From: Oscillospiraceae bacterium
Lineage (GTDB): Bacteria; Bacillota; Clostridia; Oscillospirales; CAG-272
DNA: 64,000 bases
NCBI GenBank assembly: GCA_015064885.1
Contig: SVRJ01000007.1
Span: 2,883-66,882, forward strand
Direction of reading: 5' to 3'
The notes beneath the pieces were generated by a model. That model saw only the letters and a list, made by a program, of their open reading frames with translations, was not told the DNA's origin and made no database searches. The stretch's first letter is position 1; each line of letters starts with the position of its first letter. Shown here piece after piece: positions 57,556 through 64,000 of this stretch. Made by a program: the position numbers and the translations under genes.

Positions 57556-58557
57556 ATGAAGGCAGTACTTATAAGCGATAAAAAGAAAAACATTTCTGAC
57601 GTATATTCCGAGTACACCGTAAAGCGTATAGGCGGATTGACCGAGCTTGATACGGCGTATTATACTAAGGAAGACGTTCTTATGAATAAGGAAAGATTTT
57701 CGGATACAGAGTATATTTTTTCAACGTGGGGAATGCCGTCCTTTACAAAAGAGGAGATAGAGGAGTATTTTCCGTCGCTTAAATGTGTATTTTATTCTGC
57801 CGGAAGCGTGCAAGCATTTGCCCGTCCGTTTCTCGAAAGTAAAATAAAGGTGTTCAGTGCCTGGGCGGCAAATGCGGTACCGGTTGCCGAGTATACGCTC
57901 GCGCAGATATTACTTGCAAATAAAGGCTTCTTTACGCATACGTATCTTATGGATCACGGTATGCAAAAGCAGGCACGCGCACTCAAAAACGAGTATCCGG
58001 GTAATTTCGGAGAGAAGATAGGTATTATCGGAGTGGGAATGATAGGCTCTCTCGTTGCAAAGAAGCTTAAGGATTACCGACTTGAAGTGCTTGCATTCGA
58101 TCCGTTTTTACCTGAGGAGAGAGCTGTCGAGCTCGGTGTACGGCTCTGCTCACTCGAGGAGCTTTTCTCATCCTGCAGAGTTGTGTCAAACCATCTTGCC
58201 AATAATGCCGAGACAAAGGGAATGCTGAACTACGACCTGTTTTCAAAAATGCTGCCGCACTCCACTTTTCTTAATACGGGAAGAGGCGCGCAGGTGGTAG
58301 AGGATGACCTCGTGCGTCTGCTTGAGGAACGCCCTGACGTTACCGCAGTTCTTGATGTTACGTATCCCGAGCCGGCAAGGGAGGACCATAAATTCTATTC
58401 TCTTGCAAACTGCTTTCTTACTCCGCATATCGCGGGAAGTCTCGGAAACGAGGTGCACCGTATGTCTGAATATATGGCGGATGAGTTTGAAAAATATCTT
58501 TCGGGTGAGGTGTGCCGATATGAGGTAAGCCTCAGCATGCTTGAAACGATGGCGTGA
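57556..58557 (+). CDS. D-isomer-specific 2-hydroxyacid dehydrogenase
   Basis: NAVPVAE, GVGMIG, NTGRG, LDV..PEP, TPHIAG. Confidence 0.9.
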   Translation: MKAVLISDKKKNISDVYSEYTVKRIGGLTELDTAYYTKEDVLMNKERFSDTEYIFSTWGMPSFTKEEIEEYFPSLKCVFYSAGSVQAFARPFLESKIKVFSAWAANAVPVAEYTLAQILLANKGFFTHTYLMDHGMQKQARALKNEYPGNFGEKIGIIGVGMIGSLVAKKLKDYRLEVLAFDPFLPEERAVELGVRLCSLEELFSSCRVVSNHLANNAETKGMLNYDLFSKMLPHSTFLNTGRGAQVVEDDLVRLLEERPDVTAVLDVTYPEPAREDHKFYSLANCFLTPHIAGSLGNEVHRMSEYMADEFEKYLSGEVCRYEVSLSMLETMA

Positions 58558-58584
58558 TCGGATTTACAGATAGTGAGGTAAAAA

Positions 58585-59082
58585 ATGATCGAAAAAGCAT
58601 ATTTCGCAGGCGGGTGCTTCTGGTGTATAACACCGACGTTTAAAGAAACCGAGGGAGTTATTTCTGTTGTCAGCGGATACTCGGGCGGTGATGAAGCATT
58701 TCCGTCATATGAGCTTGTCAAAAGCCAGAAGACGGGGCACAGAGAGACCGTTCTTGTTGAGTACGACGGTGAAAAAGTCGGTTTTGAGGCGCTCCTTGAA
58801 ATATTCCTTTGCGGAGTCGATCTCTCTGACTCCGAAGGTCAGTTTATTGACAGAGGACATTCTTATACTCTTGCCGTGTATTTTACCGACGAAGAGCAAA
58901 AGCGCGCGACGGAAGAGCGTATCGGGCAGATAGAAGAAGAGTCGGGGCAGAAGGTGTACGTAAGTATTGAACCGTATAAAAGCTTCTATCCCGCCGAGGA
59001 GGAACATCAGGACTATTATCTTAAGCATCCCGAAGAGTTTGAAAAAGAACTCATAGAATCCGGAAGAAAGCAAACCTTATAA
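58585..59082 (+). CDS. msrA: Peptide-methionine (S)-S-oxide reductase
   Basis: AGGCFWC, GYSGG, GHRE, QFIDRG, AEEEHQDYY. Confidence 0.93.
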   Translation: MIEKAYFAGGCFWCITPTFKETEGVISVVSGYSGGDEAFPSYELVKSQKTGHRETVLVEYDGEKVGFEALLEIFLCGVDLSDSEGQFIDRGHSYTLAVYFTDEEQKRATEERIGQIEEESGQKVYVSIEPYKSFYPAEEEHQDYYLKHPEEFEKELIESGRKQTL

Positions 59083-59192
59083 TATCACCTTGACTTACAC
59101 CGCCTTTTATGTAATATAAGCAACAGAACTGTCATATAAGCTTTATCTTTCCGGTGAGTACACCGATTTTGAAAATATGTAATGAGGTAAAT

Positions 59193-60614
59193 ATGAAACC
59201 GTTTAAAATAGCAGGAAACCTTTATTTCGTCGGTACAAAGCCCGCATCGTCTCATATGATAGACACGGGAGACGGTCTTATTCTTATCGACGTAGGATAT
59301 GAACAAACAGCAGATACCGTGATTTCTTCAGTAAGCGAGCTTGGATTTGATGTTAAAGACGTAAAATATATTCTGCTTACCCACGGTCACGGAGACCATT
59401 CGGACGGAGCACCCAAGGTACGCGCGCTTTCCGGGGCAAAGATACTTATCGGACGCGAAGATGTAAAATACCTCAATGGCTTTTCTCCGGACGGTTACCT
59501 TTCGGACGGGCAAAGAATAAAGCTCGGAAATACCGAGATAGAATGCATATTTACTCCCGGGCACACCGAGGGAACCTTCTCGTTCTTCTTTAACGTAGAG
59601 GAAAAAGGAGAAATATACCGTGTAGGAACCTTTGGAGGCGCGGGAACAAATCAGTTGAAAAAGGATTACCTTGACAAACGCTCGCTATCCTATCTTCTGA
59701 GAGGGCAGTTTTTTCGATCGATCGAAAGACTCCGCTCAGAACACGTGGATATTTTTATCGGCAACCATTCCTGGCACAATCACACTGAGGAAAAATATGA
59801 GAAAAGCCTTACGTCAAGCGTAAATCCGTTTATCGACCCATCAGAATGGGTTCCTTTCCTTGATAAGCTTGACAAAAAGCTCGAGGAAATAATAATTACC
59901 GAATCGCGCGAGAAATTTGTTAACTATGCTCATAGAGGCGCGAGTGAGTATCTGCCCGAAAACACGCTTCTCTCATTCTATACGGGAATTTTTATGGGCG
60001 CAAACGGCATTGAAACGGATATAAGAAAAACCAAGGACGGTGTGCTCGTTCTTTTCCATGACAATACGCTCGAACGGGTCATGGGGGAGAGCGGCGACGT
60101 GGAAAGCCTTACTCTTGAAGAGCTTAGATCCTTCAATATAAGTAAAAACGGTTATACCGATAAAATAGTTACACTCGAGGATTTTCTCGAAAAATTTGCA
60201 TTCCGTGATATTACATTTGCGATAGAATTGAAGGGAAGCGACGTTGAACGCGAAACGGCAGATCTTTTGCGAAAGTACAACATGAAAGCGAAGACCGTCG
60301 TTACCTCCTTTAAGCTTGAATACATCAGAAAATTCAGGGAATACGCCCCGGAATTTTCTACAGGACATCTTATAAAAGAAATAAGCGCGGAAGAGATAAA
60401 CGCACTGAAAGAGCTTTCTGTCAATGAGATCTGTCCGCGTGCCTCGCTTCTCACAAAAGAGAATGTCAGAATGCTTCACCGCGAGGGCTTCAGAGTCCGT
60501 GCGTGGGGAGTTGGCGACGAGGAGACAATGAGACACGTTGCACAGTGCGGTGCCGACGGAATGACCGTGAATTTCCCTGATAAGCTCGCAGAATTTCTTA
60601 AAGTACGCGGTTAA
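59193..60614 (+). CDS. Fusion of a subclass-B3-like metallo-beta-lactamase domain and a glycerophosphodiester phosphodiesterase
   Basis: PFKIAGNLYFVG, THGHGDH, TPGHT, NH; then AHRGAS, PENTL, ETDI..TKDG..VLFHD, IELK; start after GAGG. Confidence 0.85.
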   Translation: MKPFKIAGNLYFVGTKPASSHMIDTGDGLILIDVGYEQTADTVISSVSELGFDVKDVKYILLTHGHGDHSDGAPKVRALSGAKILIGREDVKYLNGFSPDGYLSDGQRIKLGNTEIECIFTPGHTEGTFSFFFNVEEKGEIYRVGTFGGAGTNQLKKDYLDKRSLSYLLRGQFFRSIERLRSEHVDIFIGNHSWHNHTEEKYEKSLTSSVNPFIDPSEWVPFLDKLDKKLEEIIITESREKFVNYAHRGASEYLPENTLLSFYTGIFMGANGIETDIRKTKDGVLVLFHDNTLERVMGESGDVESLTLEELRSFNISKNGYTDKIVTLEDFLEKFAFRDITFAIELKGSDVERETADLLRKYNMKAKTVVTSFKLEYIRKFREYAPEFSTGHLIKEISAEEINALKELSVNEICPRASLLTKENVRMLHREGFRVRAWGVGDEETMRHVAQCGADGMTVNFPDKLAEFLKVRG

Positions 60615-60683
60615 AAAGAAGAGAAAGGCGTATTTCAGTCATATTCTTTACCGATTGTTTACAAAAAAAGTTTTCTTGTATTA

Positions 60684-60712
60684 TTGACACCGGATATTTT
60701 TTGTGATAAAAT
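60684..60712 (+). promoter_or_regulatory. sigmaA promoter of surface protein 1
   Basis: TTGACA-17-TAAAAT with TG extension. Confidence 0.7.
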
Positions 60713-60769
60713 ATCTTTATGCATGTATTGCAGAAAAAAATAATTTATTTTTTCGAAAGGAAAAAAACA

Positions 60770-61840
60770 ATGAAAAGAACACTTTCTATTCTCGTTGTTC
60801 TCGTGATGCTCGTATCTATGTTCAGCTTCATGACAACAGGCGTCTCGGCTAACGTTCTTAAGTCTACATATGAAGACGCAAAAGACGGCGATCTTCTTTA
60901 TGAAGTTAAGTTCGGTCAGTCAACAGGCGCATACCAGCCCAAGATCTTCAGAGCTCTTGAGACAGACAACGTTGACGGTGCTGTTGTTGTTTCCGACGAC
61001 GGAAGAACACTCTCCTTCACAAAGACAGACGCTACAGGCGCTCAGATGTGGTACGGCGGCGAGATCGCAGGCCTTACATGGGGCGGCGACAAGGTCTACA
61101 CAATGACCATGGAAGTTATGCTCCCCGCAAAGAGAGGCGGCGTTCACTTCAACTTCCCCACAGCTGCTAAGCAGGAAGAACTCAAGGGAACAGGCACAAC
61201 AGACAACAACTGGGCTTCCGTTATGTACGGTATCTATGGCCGTTTCGATCCCTCCGGTGACCTCGGAACAATGAAGACAGGTTCCAGAATCGCAGGTAGA
61301 TTCAGATGCGACACAGCAGGCTACAAGGAATTCGAGCCTATCATCGTTGAAGAGGGAACATTCCTCAACGTAACATACCTCATCGAGGGTTACTCCTATG
61401 CACTCTTCATCAACGGTGTATTCTGCGAAGTTGTTGACCTTGCCGAAGCAGACGTTAAGGACGTATCCGACAACCTCGGCTTCTCCGTATACCTCTACTG
61501 GGCAACCACCCTTTCCGTTAAGAACGTTAACGTTTACAAGGGCGATACAGTATCCGCTAAGGCTACATACCCCTCTTATGCTAAGTCATACGAGCACTAT
61601 GTTGAAGCAGACACTACAACTGCAGAACCCACAACTCCCGAGGAGACAACAAAGGCTCCCGATACAACACCTACACCCGCAGTTACAACAAAGGCTCCCG
61701 CTGCAACAACAAAGGCTCCTGTTGCTACAACAGCAGCTCCCAAGTCTGAAGGCGGATGCGGATCTGCTGTAGCAAGCGGACTCGCTCTCATCGCTCTCGT
61801 TTCTCTCGCAGGCGTTGTAGTTGCAAAGAAGCAGAAATAA
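60770..61840 (+). CDS. Secreted beta-rich surface protein 1 with a TTKAP linker and GGCGS-TM-basic tail
   Basis: RBS GAAAGG, signal peptide ending VSA, T/A/P linker, tail EGGCGSAVASGLALIALVSLAGVVVAKKQK. Confidence 0.85.
   Translation: MKRTLSILVVLVMLVSMFSFMTTGVSANVLKSTYEDAKDGDLLYEVKFGQSTGAYQPKIFRALETDNVDGAVVVSDDGRTLSFTKTDATGAQMWYGGEIAGLTWGGDKVYTMTMEVMLPAKRGGVHFNFPTAAKQEELKGTGTTDNNWASVMYGIYGRFDPSGDLGTMKTGSRIAGRFRCDTAGYKEFEPIIVEEGTFLNVTYLIEGYSYALFINGVFCEVVDLAEADVKDVSDNLGFSVYLYWATTLSVKNVNVYKGDTVSAKATYPSYAKSYEHYVEADTTTAEPTTPEETTKAPDTTPTPAVTTKAPAATTKAPVATTAAPKSEGGCGSAVASGLALIALVSLAGVVVAKKQK
61628..61840 (+). repeat. Near-identical 3' block shared with 62897-63109 (5' blocks 60755-60920 and 62006-62170 also near-identical); contains three ACAACAAAGGCTCC units
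   Basis: Direct base-by-base comparison. Confidence 0.85.
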
Positions 61841-61867
61841 GTTTTTACTTGTAATGCATTTATTGTA

Positions 61868-61903
61868 AAAACCGCCGCACATATGTGCGGCGGTTTCATT
61901 TTT
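61868..61903 (+). terminator. Intrinsic terminator
   Basis: AAACCGCCGCACAT-ATGTGCGGCGGTTT followed by a T run. Confidence 0.8.
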
Positions 61904-61938
61904 TAAATTATGAATGTGTGAATTTTTTAAAATCACTG

Positions 61939-61967
61939 TTGACAAACAGAAGAATATATGATATAAT
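61939..61967 (+). promoter_or_regulatory. sigmaA promoter of surface protein 2
   Basis: TTGACA-17-TATAAT with TG extension. Confidence 0.8.
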
Positions 61968-62020
61968 ATATCACAGCAGCAGAAATGCGCTTAATACAAA
62001 TTTCTGAAAGGAAAAAAACA

Positions 62021-63109
62021 ATGAAAAGAACACTTTCTATTCTTGTTGTTCTCGTGATGCTCGTATCTATGTTCAGCTTCATGACAACAGGTGTCTCGGC
62101 TAACGTTCTTAAGTCTACATATGAAGACGCAAAGGACGGCGATCTTCTTTATGAAGTTAAGTTCGGCCAGACAACAGGTGCGTACATTCCTACGCAGTTC
62201 AACGCTCAGACTCCCGGTGATGCCGATGCGGGTGCTGTTACCATTACAGATAACGGCAGAACACTTGCATACTATAAGCCCAGCCTTACCTCTGCGGCAT
62301 CCTACTACGGCGGTGTTATCGAAGGTCTTAAGCTCGCTGCAGACAAGACCTACACAATTACAATGAAGCTCTCACTCCCCACTAACAGAGGCGGTGTATA
62401 CTTCAACTTCCCGACAGGCGACAAGAAGACGGAGCTTACAGGTACATCCGGTACAGGTCTTGATAATACTTATAACGCTGTTATGTACGGTATCTACGGC
62501 CGTTTCACAGCTGAGGGCGACCTCGGTGCTATGAAGAGCGGCGGAAGAGTTGCCGGTGACTTCAGATTCGATACCGCAGGATATAAGGAATTCGATCAGA
62601 TAATAGTTGAAGATGGAACCTTCCTTGACGTTAAGTTCCTTATCGAGGGTTATTCTTATGCAGTATTTGTAGAGAATATGTTCCTTGACGTTATCCATAT
62701 TCCCGAAGAAGATATCAAGGGCGTTGCTGACGACCTCGGTTTCTCGGTATACCTCTGGCACATCAAGGAGAATACTCCTATGATCGTTAAGGACGTTAAC
62801 ATCTATAAGGGTGATACAGTTTCCGCAAAGGCTGACTATCCTACCTATGCAAGCAAGTATCCTCACTATGTTGCGCCCGTAACAACAACTGCAGCTCCCA
62901 CAACTCCCAAGGAGACAACAAAGGCTCCTGATACAACACCTACACCCGCAGTTACAACAAAGGCTCCCGCTGCAACAACAAAGGCTCCTGCTGCTACAAC
63001 AGCAGCTCCCAAGTCTGAAGGCGGATGCGGATCTGCTGTAGCAAGCGGACTTGCACTCATTGCTCTCGTTTCTCTTGCAGGTGTTGCTGTTAAAAAGAAG
63101 CAGAAATAA
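62021..63109 (+). CDS. Surface protein 2 (paralogue of 60770..61840)
   Basis: Identical signal peptide, colinear core, tail EGGCGSAVASGLALIALVSLAGVAVKKKQK. Confidence 0.85.
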   Translation: MKRTLSILVVLVMLVSMFSFMTTGVSANVLKSTYEDAKDGDLLYEVKFGQTTGAYIPTQFNAQTPGDADAGAVTITDNGRTLAYYKPSLTSAASYYGGVIEGLKLAADKTYTITMKLSLPTNRGGVYFNFPTGDKKTELTGTSGTGLDNTYNAVMYGIYGRFTAEGDLGAMKSGGRVAGDFRFDTAGYKEFDQIIVEDGTFLDVKFLIEGYSYAVFVENMFLDVIHIPEEDIKGVADDLGFSVYLWHIKENTPMIVKDVNIYKGDTVSAKADYPTYASKYPHYVAPVTTTAAPTTPKETTKAPDTTPTPAVTTKAPAATTKAPAATTAAPKSEGGCGSAVASGLALIALVSLAGVAVKKKQK

Positions 63110-63130
63110 TCTTTGAATTACAGAACATCA

Positions 63131-63161
63131 GGCGGCGCACCCTCGGGTGCGTCGTTTTTTT
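63131..63161 (+). terminator. Intrinsic terminator
   Basis: GGCGGCGCACCC-TC-GGGTGCGTCGTT followed by a T run. Confidence 0.8.
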
Positions 63162-63171
63162 ATACGTGCTA

Positions 63172-63200
63172 TTGACAAACACATGCTTTTATGTTATAAT
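63172..63200 (+). promoter_or_regulatory. sigmaA promoter of surface protein 3
   Basis: TTGACA-17-TATAAT with TG extension. Confidence 0.8.
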
Positions 63201-63237
63201 TAAAAACAAGAAGACATATATGAAAGGAGAAGAAACA

Positions 63238-64000
63238 ATGAAGAAAGCTTTGTCTTTAGCTCTTACGTTCGTTATTCTTGCGTCTGTGTTCGGCTTTGTT
63301 CCCACAGAGGCATCTTCTAATACTCTTATATCTACGTATGAGGATGCAAAGGACGGCGACCTCCTTTATGAAGTCAAATTCGGTGAGACGACCGGAGTTT
63401 ATACGCCTACGATCTTTATGGCGCAAAGACCCGCAGATGCAGTACTTGAGAAAGCTGTTGTCATTTCGGATAACGGAAGAACGCTTGCATTTTATAAGCC
63501 GGGGATTGAATCCGGAGCCTTCCGATACGGAGGTGAGATCGACGGACTTACTTGGGGAGAGAACAAAACATACACTATAACTATGAAGCTTATGCTCCCG
63601 GCAACACGAGGAGGTGTATATTTCAACTTTCCTGCAGACGCTAAGAAAGAAGAGCTGAAGGGAACAGATGCTACCAACCTTGATAACAAATATTCATCGG
63701 TTATGTACGGTATATACGGTCGATTTGACGAGTATGGCGACCTTGGAGCTATGAAAGACGGTTCCAGGATCGCAGGCAGACACAGATTCGACACCACCGG
63801 ATACAAGGAATTCGACCCCATCATCGTTGAAGGGGGAACATTCCTCGACGTAACTTTCCTTGTTGAAGATTATTCTTACTCTGTTTTTGTTAATGATTAC
63901 TTCCTCGATGTTATCGACCTTTCCGAAGATGATGTTAAGGGTATTTCCGACAACCTCGGATTCTCTGTATATCTTTATCATTTTAAGGAAAACACCCCCA
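63238..64000 (+). CDS. Surface protein 3 (third paralogue, 3' end outside window)
   Basis: Not in ORF track. Manual translation: MKKALSLALTFVILASVFGFVPTEASSNTLISTYEDAKDGDLLYEVKFG...RGGVYFNFP...VMYGIYGRF...DNLGFSVYLYHFKENTP; RBS AAAGGAG. Confidence 0.88.
   Translation, partial: MKKALSLALTFVILASVFGFVPTEASSNTLISTYEDAKDGDLLYEVKFGETTGVYTPTIFMAQRPADAVLEKAVVISDNGRTLAFYKPGIESGAFRYGGEIDGLTWGENKTYTITMKLMLPATRGGVYFNFPADAKKEELKGTDATNLDNKYSSVMYGIYGRFDEYGDLGAMKDGSRIAGRHRFDTTGYKEFDPIIVEGGTFLDVTFLVEDYSYSVFVNDYFLDVIDLSEDDVKGISDNLGFSVYLYHFKENTP

Noticed and set aside
59193-59900. Bona fide beta-lactam resistance gene
   Set aside because: No signal peptide, fused to GDPD and no mobile context; the fold alone does not show activity.
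61600-63010. ACAACAAAGGCTCC repeats as a CRISPR array or DGR template/variable repeats
   Set aside because: They are in-frame TTKAP linker codons; there are no spacers, cas or reverse transcriptase genes, and differences are not adenine-specific.

Overview
A 64-kb chromosomal window from a Bacillota (Clostridia-like, probably gut or rumen) genome, judged from canonical TTGACA-17-TATAAT promoters, strong GGAGG/AAAGGA RBSs and lipoproteins. No mobile elements, CRISPR or rRNA are visible. Housekeeping content: argGHCJBDF with ArgR boxes, deoC-deoD-deoB-cdd-pdp, tRNA-Thr(TGT)/tRNA-Tyr(GTA), fucO, msrA, bcp, azlCD, PnuC, MATE and CDF transporters. Accessory content: four ECF sigma factors, a cytoplasmic GH84/ceramidase-like/kinase/SIS cluster, an OYE-SDR-flavoprotein cluster, tandem lipoprotein metallophosphoesterases and at least three tandem surface-protein paralogues. 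Best candidate new system: an ECF sigma whose coupled anti-sigma carries, as its whole extracellular part, an ABC solute-binding-protein domain clearly paralogous to a stand-alone lipoprotein SBP about 47 kb away. Other notable items are a ~1,070-aa soluble ECF sigma with an internal repeat, a GGCGS-TM-basic C-terminal sorting signal, a structured leader upstream of pnuC, and a B3-type metallo-beta-lactamase/GDPD fusion. All family calls come from motif recognition by eye; no database searches were run.
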